Positions 19,990 through 28,440 are shown, counted from the first letter of the stretch. The stretch is DNA of 64,000 nucleotides from an uncultured Lachnospiraceae bacterium (GCA_947626965.1 CANQUH010000002.1:1-64000); one strand, 5' to 3'. A program made the numbers and translations. The notes: generated from the sequence alone by a model not told the origin.

Positions 19990-20150
19990 GTCGGTTCAGA
20001 TTTTTCTCATTTCATGTTTGCGGCAGTTTCCGCCTGAGCTGAATCCTTTTTTTCATTCCTTCGGCGATTCCGCCTGGACTGAATCCTCTTTCTCATTCCC
20101 ATTTCTCCGGCTGTTTCCGCCCGACTCGAACCTGCCGCCCGCTTCAATCA
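19990..20150. repeat. Three tandem imperfect copies of an about 45-bp unit spanning the 3' end of relQ and the relQ/OLD intergenic region.
   Basis: Minus-strand units read GGATTCAG(T/C)(C/T)CAGGCGGAA...GAATGAGAAA. Two copies encode the C-terminal tail ...NSRRNGNEKEDSVQAESPKE of the relQ-like protein; the third is non-coding. Confidence 0.6.
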
Positions 20151-20829
20151 TATTCCGGATGTTCTGCATCTCATTATCCAGCCCCGAAATCACATCCGCG
20201 CACCGGCGCAGCATCTGCATGATTTCCTCCTCATTTTCCAGATCCTTCTTGTAGCGCAGTTTATGATCAACACTCGCCCAGAAATCCATCGCGATTGTCC
20301 GGAACTGAACTTCCACCCGCATGGGCGTTTTCCCCTCCGCGAGAAACACCGGAACTTCCAGGATCAGATGAAGGCTTCGGTAGCCGTTTGGCTTAGGATT
20401 CTTAATATAGTCCTTGACACGCAGAACCTTTATATCATCCTGACTGACCAGCAGCTCCGCCAGACGGTAGATATCCTCCTGAAATGAACAGATCACCCGT
20501 ATCCCCGCGACATCGTTCAGATGCTTCTCGATCATCGTTTCCAGCATTCCCTCCGTAACGCTTATCCCACGGCGCTGCAGTTTCTCAACAATACTGGCCG
20601 GACTCTTTAAACGGCTCTTGATCGACTCAAACGGATTGCGGTCATACTGGCTGGAAAATTCCATATTCAGAACCCTCAGTTTCGTTTCCACTTCCATGAT
20701 TGCGCAGCGGTAACGACTCATTAAAGCCATATATTTTTTCCCGGTTTCAATCAGTTTGATATACTGGAATTCATCCAGATTCTCAAATATCTTCTCCACG
20801 CTGTTCTCCCCTTCTGTCTGTTCCTTCAT
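20053..20829 (-). CDS. GTP pyrophosphokinase family protein (small alarmone synthetase, RelQ/RelP-like).
   Basis: RelA/SpoT synthetase-domain motifs: GIRVICSF, YRSLHLILEVPVFLAEG, VEVQFRTIAMDFWASVDHKLRYK. Confidence 0.8.
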   Translation of the reverse strand: MKEQTEGENSVEKIFENLDEFQYIKLIETGKKYMALMSRYRCAIMEVETKLRVLNMEFSSQYDRNPFESIKSRLKSPASIVEKLQRRGISVTEGMLETMIEKHLNDVAGIRVICSFQEDIYRLAELLVSQDDIKVLRVKDYIKNPKPNGYRSLHLILEVPVFLAEGKTPMRVEVQFRTIAMDFWASVDHKLRYKKDLENEEEIMQMLRRCADVISGLDNEMQNIRNMIEAGGRFESGGNSRRNGNEKEDSVQAESPKE

Positions 20830-21016
20830 CTGCTGTCCATTACGTGTTCCATGTCTCCTAGATTTTCACATTCCGAAGTCATATTTTTACAGTCATGAAT
20901 CCTGGCGCACCGCCTCCCGGCCCTGCCGTCATGTTCTAAAAATTATACGTGCCGGAACACAAAACGTCAATACAAAAATGCCTTCGGCTTATCTGCTCCC
21001 TTTCCCTTGTGTTACT

Positions 21017-21250
21017 GCCCGCCCACGCGGCCCAGGTACTGCGTCAGCATCTGTTTTCCCTGCCTGGGCCTGTGATCGAGCAGGAGGCGGCTTTTCCTCC
21101 TGCTCGCCGCGCGGCCCGCATGCTGCGCCAGCAGCTGATTTCCATGTGTGGGCCTGTGATCGAGTAGGAGACGGCTTTTCCTCCTGCTCGCCGCGCGGCC
21201 CGCATGCTGCGCCAGCAGCTGATTTCCATATGCGGGCCTGTGCATCAAAA
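21017..21250. repeat. Three tandem copies of REP-like repeat family 1 (about 95-bp unit containing the 9-bp inverted repeat GGCCCGCAT...ATGCGGGCC).
   Basis: Core GCATGCTGCGCCAGCAGCTGATTTCCAT(A/G)TG(C/T)GGGCCTGTGATCGAG(C/T)AGGAG(G/A)CGGCTTTTCCTCCTGCTCGCCGCGCGGCCC. Further copies seen at 713-812, 29040-29110, 37476-37560, 49577-49625 and 59070-59130, all intergenic. Confidence 0.85.
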
Positions 21251-21302
21251 AGTCCGGAAAATCGGCTCTGACAAACCAATCTCCCGGACTTACAGATTCG
21301 TC

Positions 21303-21614
21303 TTAAAATTTTACTGCTTCCAGAATAGCGCTTTTTTTCTGCACGCCCACCATACGGTTTTCGGCTTTTCCATCCCGAAATACCATCAATGTCGGCACTC
21401 CCATCACATGATACTGTCCTGCAATCTCCGATTCTTCATCGACATCCAGTTTGCATACCTTGAATCCCTGCGCTTCCTCGCCAAGTTCCTCGATCACCGG
21501 CATCAGCGCCCTGCAGGGGCCGCACCAGGAAGCCCAGAAATCAACCAGTACCGGGCCGCCTGCCTGAAGCACTTCCCGGTCAAAATTTTCTCTTGTCAAC
21601 TTTACCACTGCCAT
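21303..21614 (-). CDS. trxA: Thioredoxin
   Basis: VLVDFWASWCGPCRALMPVIEEL, with the WCGPC active site. RBS AGGAGGG. Confidence 0.9.
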   Translation of the reverse strand: MAVVKLTRENFDREVLQAGGPVLVDFWASWCGPCRALMPVIEELGEEAQGFKVCKLDVDEESEIAGQYHVMGVPTLMVFRDGKAENRMVGVQKKSAILEAVKF

Positions 21615-21699
21615 AATTTTGTCCCTCCTGATCTATATAATGGCAGTATTTCCAGGCAGAAGAAAACCTATACATACCGGAGACAGCCATAAACAAAAC

Positions 21700-21728
21700 T
21701 TGCATTCCCCGATAACCTGTGTTATACT
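21700..21728 (+). promoter_or_regulatory. Promoter for the queT leader: TTGCAT, 17 nt spacer, TGtTATACT extended -10.
   Basis: Read directly: ttgcattccccgataacctgtgttatact. Confidence 0.5.
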
Positions 21729-21926
21729 GGCAGTCATTGATGAGCCGTTACAGTTCACACCCCCCCGCTGAACTCGAGGTGATTTCCGGGCAGATTGTCC
21801 GGAAATCCCGAGGTCTGAGGCGCGAAATGCCACGAAAGTGGCATTTCTGTGCATCGCGAAGCGTTGTTGCTGGTCACAGAGTGAACAGTAACGATGTGCC
21901 TGAGCGCACACTGTTCTGATATACAT

Positions 21927-21968
21927 AACGTCAGTTCGAGACCTTCCTGACGTAAAACAAAACTAAAG
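21927..21968 (+). ncRNA. preQ1-I riboswitch
   Basis: aCGUCAG-UUCGAGACCUUC-CUGACG-UAAAACAAAACUAAAGGAG fits the preQ1-I consensus (P1 hairpin with UUCxAG...CC loop, then A-rich tail ...AAAACUAA overlapping the RBS). It lies immediately upstream of the QueT transporter gene, the classic context. Confidence 0.7.
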
Positions 21969-21975
21969 GAGACAA

Positions 21976-22470
21976 ATGAATATGAAAAACGAAAAGGTAC
22001 TGTTACTGACCCAGGCAGCCGCAATCGCTGCCATCTATGTAGTGCTTACTGTTGTGTTTGAACCGCTGTCATTCGGCGTTGCGCAGGTTCGTATCGCGGA
22101 GGTTCTGACGATCCTTCCGTATTTTACTCCTGCCGCGATTCCCGGACTTTTCGCCGGATGCATCATCGCCAATTTTCTGGGCGGCGGCATCCCGATGGAT
22201 ATCGTGTTCGGCAGTCTCGCGACGCTGGCCGGAGCTTTTGGTTCATACGCACTGCGCAGGCATAAATATCTGGTTCCGGTTCCGCCGATCGCCGCAAACG
22301 CTATCATTGTTCCGTTTGTACTGTTCTACGGATATGGAGTCAATTACATGCCGATCCCTCTGATGATGCTCAGTGTGGGGGCAGGGGAAGTGATTTCCTG
22401 CGGAATCATGGGCCTGGTGGTGCTGTTTGCCCTGGAGAAATACAGAAAAGTAATTTTCAGCGCCGCGTGA
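21976..22470 (+). CDS. queT: Queuosine precursor transporter QueT (COG4708 family membrane protein).
   Basis: 164-aa polytopic membrane protein MNMKNEKVLLLTQAAAIAAIYVVLTVVFEPLSFGVAQVRIAEVLTILPYF... preceded by the preQ1 riboswitch. Confidence 0.8.
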   Translation: MNMKNEKVLLLTQAAAIAAIYVVLTVVFEPLSFGVAQVRIAEVLTILPYFTPAAIPGLFAGCIIANFLGGGIPMDIVFGSLATLAGAFGSYALRRHKYLVPVPPIAANAIIVPFVLFYGYGVNYMPIPLMMLSVGAGEVISCGIMGLVVLFALEKYRKVIFSAA

Positions 22471-22535
22471 CAGACTAAAATCACATAAACAGGGGAGCGT
22501 ATGCTCCCCTTATTTTGTTTCCGCAGACAGCCAGA

Positions 22536-22860
22536 TGCCCTAGTACTGCCCTGCGCAATTAACGCAGGGTAGTACTAGACATTGCGAGCAAAAGCCCGCA
22601 GAGCGTTGTTGCGTTCACGACCCGCAGGGAATGATCCGTAACACTTTCACTGCAAACTTTCATGCCCTGCGAGGCAGGGCACTACCATGAATGAAAGCCC
22701 ACGAATCGCTCCGTGCCTTTGGCACTCCCGCGCTTCTGCCCCGCATTCGCAAATTGCATCGCTCATGTTCATTCGCGCTGCTGTTTTGCTCATACGGGTT
22801 AGCGTCTTCTATGCATCACCAGTCCGGCAAGTGAACTTGCCTCCTGGTTCTGCATGAAGA
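22536..22860. repeat. Composite intergenic repeat element (family 4), about 320 bp, rich in GCCCTGC-N-GCAGGGC type palindromes.
   Basis: Roughly 75% identity over about 150 bp to 58890-59070 in inverse orientation. Its 5' module (gccctagtactgccctgcgcaa) recurs at 9066-9100. Non-coding. Confidence 0.6.
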
Positions 22861-22868
22861 CTGGGCTT

Positions 22869-23354
22869 TCACTGCAAATATCTGATCTCAAACTGCGCTC
22901 TTCCTGTTCCGGTTGTCTCCATTATAATATAGCTGGGATTGCGCCCTTCCTGACGCGGAAAAGAAATGCTGCCGGGATTCAGCACTGTGAGCTGCCCGTC
23001 CTCCTGATTTAAAAAAGGCATATGCGTGTGCCCGAACATCACAACATCGCAGTCATTTGCCTTCGCCTCAAGTATCAGATCACGCAGCCCTGCCGTAACG
23101 TAATAGTAGTGTCCGTGCGTCATCATAATCCTGCAGCCGTCAAGTTCCAAAAACTTCACACGCGGCATTTTTGAAAAAAAATCACAGTTTCCCGCCACAA
23201 TGTCCATCGGGCATCCGACAAGACGGGCAATCCGCTCTTCTCCACGTTCAACATCCCCAAGATGAAGAACATGATCCAGATTTCCTTCTCGTTTTAAAAT
23301 TTTCTTCAGATTATTCTCGTTTCCATGTGTATCACTGATAACCAGGATCCTCAT
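22869..23354 (-). CDS. Metallophosphoesterase, YfcE/MJ0936 family
   Basis: MRILVISDTHGNE...LHLGDV...GNCDF...MMTHGHYY...FGHTHMP...NPGS. Start ATG at 23354. Confidence 0.75.
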   Translation of the reverse strand: MRILVISDTHGNENNLKKILKREGNLDHVLHLGDVERGEERIARLVGCPMDIVAGNCDFFSKMPRVKFLELDGCRIMMTHGHYYYVTAGLRDLILEAKANDCDVVMFGHTHMPFLNQEDGQLTVLNPGSISFPRQEGRNPSYIIMETTGTGRAQFEIRYLQ

Positions 23355-23416
23355 ATATTTTCCTCTTCTATGTTTTTTATATCTCCAAATCCTTTTTGCT
23401 GTCAATTACAGGACTT

Positions 23417-23613
23417 TTTGCCGGCGAAGGCCGCGCGCAAAACCCTTTCGTTTCCTCTGGCTGCCGGGCACAAGACCTTTTGCCGGGAAAAGACCGCGCA
23501 AAGCTCTTCCGTTCCCTCTGGCTGTCGGGCACAAGACCTTTTGCCGGGAAAAAACTGCGCAAAGCTCTTCCGTTCCCTCTGGCTGCCGGGCACAAGACCT
23601 TTTGCTGGAAAAG
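23417..23613. repeat. Minisatellite: 3.5 tandem copies of a 61-bp unit between rdgB and the yfcE-like gene.
   Basis: Unit caagaccttttgccgggaaaagaccgcgcaaagctcttccgttccctctggctgccgggca, with copies at least 90% identical. Confidence 0.85.
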
Positions 23614-23632
23614 ATCACACCCCCGGAAATCC

Positions 23633-24232
23633 TTACAGACCCAGATGTACCGCAAGCAGTTCTCTCATCTGGCGAAGCGCTTTGCCGCGATGACTTAATT
23701 CATTTTTCTGCTCCGGCGTAATCTCCGCTGAAGTGCAGCCACATTCAGGAAGATAAAAAATCGGATCGTAACCGAATCCGTTCTCTCCTTTTATCTCATA
23801 ACCGATAATTCCTTCCATTACTCCCCTGCTTGTGAGCACGGCACCATCCGGAAACGCACAGGCAATCGCACACACAAACCGGGCCGTTCTCTTCTCCTCA
23901 GGCACCCCGTCCAGCTGACGCAGAATTGCAGTGTTCTTAACATCATAGGAAGTATCTTCTCCCATATACCGGGCAGAATAAATACCGGGCGCTCTGTCAA
24001 GATAGTCAATCTCCAGACCCGAATCATCCGCCAGTACCGGTTCCCCCGTAAGTTCCATAACCGCTTTCGCCTTGATCACCGCATTCTCCTCAAAACTTTG
24101 CCCGTCCTCGATAATCTCTGCTGTGACCCCCGCCTCTTTCATGGAGACGACCGGCACGCCAAGATCTTCCAGAATCATCCGGATCTCCTTCATTTTTCCT
24201 GCATTCCGGGTCGCAAATATTATCCGTTCCAC
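23633..24232 (-). CDS. rdgB: dITP/XTP pyrophosphatase (RdgB/Ham1 family)
   Basis: VERIIFATRNAGKMKEIRMIL...FGYDPIF... Start chosen as GTG at 24232 with GGTGGGAG 5 nt upstream, giving the typical 200-aa length. The ORF-track Met at 24271 has no RBS. Confidence 0.8.
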   Translation of the reverse strand: MERIIFATRNAGKMKEIRMILEDLGVPVVSMKEAGVTAEIIEDGQSFEENAVIKAKAVMELTGEPVLADDSGLEIDYLDRAPGIYSARYMGEDTSYDVKNTAILRQLDGVPEEKRTARFVCAIACAFPDGAVLTSRGVMEGIIGYEIKGENGFGYDPIFYLPECGCTSAEITPEQKNELSHRGKALRQMRELLAVHLGL

Positions 24233-24378
24233 TATACTCCCACCTTTTCTTATTATCTGCAATGCGGACATTATAGCATAAGGAAGACAACCTTGTAAAT
24301 ATGTGTGTTTGCTGCAAAATGCAGGCTGCCTCCTCTGAAATTTCTGTTCACTCCGTGACCGGCAGCAGCGCTTCCGTT

Positions 24379-25812
24379 TTATCCGGCCGACAGATACCCC
24401 TTCAGGCATACATTGCTTCCGAACTTCTGCTCGGTGTTTTCCCAGTACCTGCCATCCTGACTCAGATAGCCTTCCTTTCCTTCAGTTGTGACACTCTGCG
24501 AATAAATATCCGCCGGATATTCAACGGCCGCCGGATGTTTTTCGCCGGGCGAAGTAATCTTCACGACCATCGCAAATCTCTCCCCCGGGCGGAGCTCCTC
24601 CGCTTCCCCGAGATCTACGGTATAATAGCCTGGCTGGTCCAGTTCCTTTTTCTGGAGAAATTTCATGTCGGAAAAAGAATCCGGGTTTTCAAAATCATGT
24701 ACCAGATAGAGCTCACATACTGTATCGGATCCCGTCGCATAAAAGCCAAAAGCGCGAAGCTGCAGGGAAGACTCACTGCCTGCCGTGTATACATTCGCAA
24801 ACCAGCATGTCTCGCTGGCATATCCCTGCTGCCCGACCCAGCCGCAGTCGTCAGTCTGATACAGAAAATCATAATTGTCCGCCGCCTCAATCCGGCTGTA
24901 GGCAAGTCCCGTCCGCGCTATATTGGCATCTGCGTAAGAGACATAAAAAATCCCGTTCTCTCCGAACTTTTCTCCCCATGAGTTCTGGCAGATAAACGCG
25001 CCGTCCTCCGGCGGAACCTGGCTGAAGTGAAAGCGGGAATAATCATCGTCCCAGCCAAGTATGATCACATCATGATTCTGTGTCCGCTCCTGCGGATAAT
25101 ACCAGGCCGCGTTCAGCGGATTATAATAGCCTTTCTTCGGAGCCGTCTCGCTGCGGCTCATGTAGAGCGAGGTCTGGACTGCTCCGTACTGACAGACTGC
25201 CTCTTTGATCTCCTCACGCGTACATTCTTCTAAAAGGCGGATCTCCTGCACATGGATAGCCGGCGAAAGTCCGTCCGGAGAATATGCGTCTCCATAGGGA
25301 TCTTCCCTCTCCAGCACCGGTCCCTGCCATCCGCTCAGATAAGCCATAACCATGACGTAGTCTCCTCCGTCTGACAGTGACGTGACAAACCGGTTGTTCA
25401 GCGCCATATGATCGGCTGAAAACTGCGTCTGCAAATCAAAGGGCAATGAGGCCTCGAGCGCGGATGTCGCTGCGAGCGCCCAACAGGTTCCGTAAGATCC
25501 CTGACTTTTAATCACAGGAATACGTCCCTGCTCCCTGGAGTCAAAACGGCGCGGAAGGATGACGGGAAATTCCAGGGCTGTGTTTTCTTCCGCTTCATCA
25601 AAAAACACATCAGAATCCGGCTTCGTGGAAGAAATCCTGTCTGCACCGGCCGCTTTCCTCTCGTCACCAGACACACTCGAGACGAACCCCGATTGTCCGT
25701 CTGCCTCTTCCGAACTGCAGAGCAAGCCGGAACCTTTTGGTTCCTGCCGCATCTGGCACAAAATCCCGGCGCACAGCAGAACGACAAGCATCCGATAAAT
25801 TTTTCTGTTCAT
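24379..25812 (-). CDS. Secreted C1-family (papain-like) cysteine peptidase
   Basis: Signal peptide MNRKIYRMLVVLLCAGILC. Active-site QGSYGTCWALAATSALE. Downstream His/Asn region ...HDVIILGWDDD... and NSWG. Confidence 0.8.
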   Translation of the reverse strand: MNRKIYRMLVVLLCAGILCQMRQEPKGSGLLCSSEEADGQSGFVSSVSGDERKAAGADRISSTKPDSDVFFDEAEENTALEFPVILPRRFDSREQGRIPVIKSQGSYGTCWALAATSALEASLPFDLQTQFSADHMALNNRFVTSLSDGGDYVMVMAYLSGWQGPVLEREDPYGDAYSPDGLSPAIHVQEIRLLEECTREEIKEAVCQYGAVQTSLYMSRSETAPKKGYYNPLNAAWYYPQERTQNHDVIILGWDDDYSRFHFSQVPPEDGAFICQNSWGEKFGENGIFYVSYADANIARTGLAYSRIEAADNYDFLYQTDDCGWVGQQGYASETCWFANVYTAGSESSLQLRAFGFYATGSDTVCELYLVHDFENPDSFSDMKFLQKKELDQPGYYTVDLGEAEELRPGERFAMVVKITSPGEKHPAAVEYPADIYSQSVTTEGKEGYLSQDGRYWENTEQKFGSNVCLKGYLSAG

Positions 25813-25860
25813 CTGTACGCCCCCCCTTCAATTCCGGATATTCCTTTCTAATGTTACTGA

Positions 25861-27012
25861 TTACTTCTCTGTCCTTTTCGGCGGCTTTGGCCCGAGAAAC
25901 TGATAGAAATACGTCTTTATCATACCATTGTAAATTTTGCGGTTTTTGTCCGCTTTTCTTCCTATATAATTCTCCGCCTGCTCGTACGCCGTAATCACAT
26001 ACTCCGACCAGGAATCCAGCCGCGAAAACGCCTCGCCGATCTCCCGATAAAGCGCCGGCAGCTTTTCCTTTTCCTCAATGCGCTCGCCGTACGGAGGATT
26101 TGTGATCAGAAATCCATATTTCTTCGGATGATTCAGCTCGCTCACCGGACGGCGCTGAAAATGAATCAGATGGTCCACCCCCGCAAGCCGCGCATTCTCG
26201 CGGGCCGCTTTAATCACCTCATCATCAATATCATACCCCTGAATATCCGTCTTTATATCCCGGTCGATCAGATCCTGCGCTTCTTCCACCGCATCCTGCC
26301 ACAATTTTTCCGAAATCAGATTCGTCCAGGTCTGCGCAGTGAAATTCCGGTACATTCCCGGCGCGATATTGGCCGCCATCAGCGCTGCCTCGATCGGAAA
26401 TGTTCCGCTCCCGCAGAACGGGTCGACAAGGATCCTGTCCTTCTTCCACGGAGTCAGCATGATCAGGGCCGCCGCCAGCGTCTCGGAGATCGGCGCTTTT
26501 GCCGTCATCTTCCGGTAGCCGCGCTTGTGCAGCGATTCCCCTGAAGTATCGATTCCGATCACCGCCTCATCCTTCATAAAAAACACACGGATCGGGTACT
26601 GCGCCCCCGTCTCCTCAAACCAGGAAATTCCGTATTTCTCCTTCAGGCGTTCCACAATCGCTTTCTTCATAATCGACTGGATATCCGACGGGCTGAATAA
26701 TTTACTCTTCACGGACGCGGCCTTTGCCACCCAGAATTTCCCGTCCTTTGGGATAAAGTTCTCCCACGGCAGCGCTTTCGTCTGCTCAAACAGCTCGTCA
26801 AACGTCTCTGCGCGGAACTGCCCCACCTTGAGCAAGATCCTCTCCGCCGAACGCAGAAAGACATTCGCAAGGCAGACCGCCTCCATATCTCCCTCAAACG
26901 TTACCCGACCGTCCTCAACACTGCTGATCTCATAGCCCAGATCGGTAATCTCTCTTTTTAAAACTGCCTCCAGCCCAAAATGGCAGGGGGCGATCAGTTC
27001 CGTTTTCCTCAT
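25861..27012 (-). CDS. THUMP-domain class I SAM-dependent RNA methyltransferase (RlmL/RlmK-like).
   Basis: N-terminal THUMP region, then DPFCGSGTFPIEAA (SAM-binding) and NPPYGERI (catalytic NPPY). Confidence 0.8.
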   Translation of the reverse strand: MRKTELIAPCHFGLEAVLKREITDLGYEISSVEDGRVTFEGDMEAVCLANVFLRSAERILLKVGQFRAETFDELFEQTKALPWENFIPKDGKFWVAKAASVKSKLFSPSDIQSIMKKAIVERLKEKYGISWFEETGAQYPIRVFFMKDEAVIGIDTSGESLHKRGYRKMTAKAPISETLAAALIMLTPWKKDRILVDPFCGSGTFPIEAALMAANIAPGMYRNFTAQTWTNLISEKLWQDAVEEAQDLIDRDIKTDIQGYDIDDEVIKAARENARLAGVDHLIHFQRRPVSELNHPKKYGFLITNPPYGERIEEKEKLPALYREIGEAFSRLDSWSEYVITAYEQAENYIGRKADKNRKIYNGMIKTYFYQFLGPKPPKRTEK

Positions 27013-27130
27013 AATTTCCTCCGAAATATTCCTGAATACAGTTTTTTCTTCCGAATTATACGGCTCAGCCGCTGGTTTTGCTCCCCGGACTCACAGGCAC
27101 ATACACCACACAGTTTTGTCCCGAACATCA

Positions 27131-28396
27131 TCAGTACAGAGATTCCAGCACCTCAAAATAATTCTCAAACGTCTTGGAAACACACTCCGGATCCGCAATC
27201 ACGATCCCCTCGCAGCGCAGGCCGATCAGAGAGAACGCCATTGCCATCCGGTGGTCATTGTATGTCTGTACTACCGCAGGTCTTACTTCGCCCGGGATGA
27301 TCCGTATCCCGTCCTCCGTCTCATGGCACGCGATCCCAAGCCGCGTCAGCTCAGCAAGCACAGCCGCGACGCGGTCCGACTCCTGATTTTTAATGTGGCT
27401 GATATTCCGGATCGTTGTCGGAGAATCCGCAAAGACCGCCAGCGCCGCCAGCGTCATGACCTGATCCGAAAAATCGTTCATATCGAGGTCGATCCCAGGA
27501 TACTTTCCTCCCGCGGGTCCGGTCACGCGGATTCCGTCCGCTTCCTCCGCGACCACAGCGCCCAGTTTTTCCGCGACATCCAGAAAACGGATATCCCCCT
27601 GCATGGAGTCACTGAAAACACCCGGCAGAAAAATCTCACTTCCAGTGAGAACGGCCGCCGCGATAAAATAGCAGGCCCCCGAGATATCTGGCTCCACATT
27701 GTAGACCCGCGCCTGACAGCGGTCTCCTGCTGGCATGGTATAACGGTTTCCTTCCTGAATGACAGTCCCCCCGAACTCACCCATCATGCGCTTCGTCATC
27801 TCAATGTAGGACTTCGCCGTCTCCTTCCCCTGCACCTCAAGAATCAGCCCGTCCCGGAACTGGCTTCCGGACATCAGAAGCGCGCTGACAAACTGACTGC
27901 TCAGCGTCCCGTCGATCGCGATTCTTCCGCCCGCGCTGCATCCGTGAATCCGAAACGGCAGATAACCCTCCTTCTCCGGATACGAGATTTCCGCTCCAAG
28001 GCCGCGCAGCGCATCAAGCAGAGGCTTTATCGGCCGCCTCTTCATCTGCTCCGAAGCGTCAACATAAAAATCCGCGTCCTGCGAGGACAAAAACGCCGCA
28101 AGAAACCGCGCGGCAGTCCCGGCGCTGTTCACGTAGATACTGGATCCCGGAACCGGCTTCCCCCCGGTGATCGTCACCCGACAGTTCTTCTCGTCCACCT
28201 CCATCGGATAACCAAGATCGCGCAGGCACTGCAGAAACGCCCTTGTGTCATCACTCAGCAGAACTCCATTGATCACGCTCTCACCGTCGGCCATGGCGGC
28301 GAGCAGCAGCGCCCGGTTTGTGATGCTTTTGGAACCGGGGAGCACAGCCGTGCCCCCGAACTTATCTGAAGCTGTTTTTACATGATACTCTGACAT
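27131..28396 (-). CDS. aroA: 3-phosphoshikimate 1-carboxyvinyltransferase (EPSP synthase)
   Basis: MSEYHVKTASDKFGGTAVLPGSKSITNRALLLAAMADGESVINGVLLSDDTRAF... Start ATG at 28396 with GGAGG. Confidence 0.95.
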   Translation of the reverse strand: MSEYHVKTASDKFGGTAVLPGSKSITNRALLLAAMADGESVINGVLLSDDTRAFLQCLRDLGYPMEVDEKNCRVTITGGKPVPGSSIYVNSAGTAARFLAAFLSSQDADFYVDASEQMKRRPIKPLLDALRGLGAEISYPEKEGYLPFRIHGCSAGGRIAIDGTLSSQFVSALLMSGSQFRDGLILEVQGKETAKSYIEMTKRMMGEFGGTVIQEGNRYTMPAGDRCQARVYNVEPDISGACYFIAAAVLTGSEIFLPGVFSDSMQGDIRFLDVAEKLGAVVAEEADGIRVTGPAGGKYPGIDLDMNDFSDQVMTLAALAVFADSPTTIRNISHIKNQESDRVAAVLAELTRLGIACHETEDGIRIIPGEVRPAVVQTYNDHRMAMAFSLIGLRCEGIVIADPECVSKTFENYFEVLESLY

Positions 28397-28440
28397 AGAT
28401 AACCTCCGTAATTTTTCTGCACTATCCATACAGGCATTTT

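Noticed and set aside
20053-20829. relQ-like gene as a toxic small alarmone synthetase (toxSAS) of a toxin-antitoxin pair.
   Set aside because: The sequence is a conventional RelQ/RelP-type synthetase with no adjacent small antitoxin ORF. Kept only as a contextual note in the OLD finding.
23396-23640. CRISPR array.
   Set aside because: The 61-bp units are near-identical throughout, with no unique spacers and no cas genes. It is a direct-repeat minisatellite.
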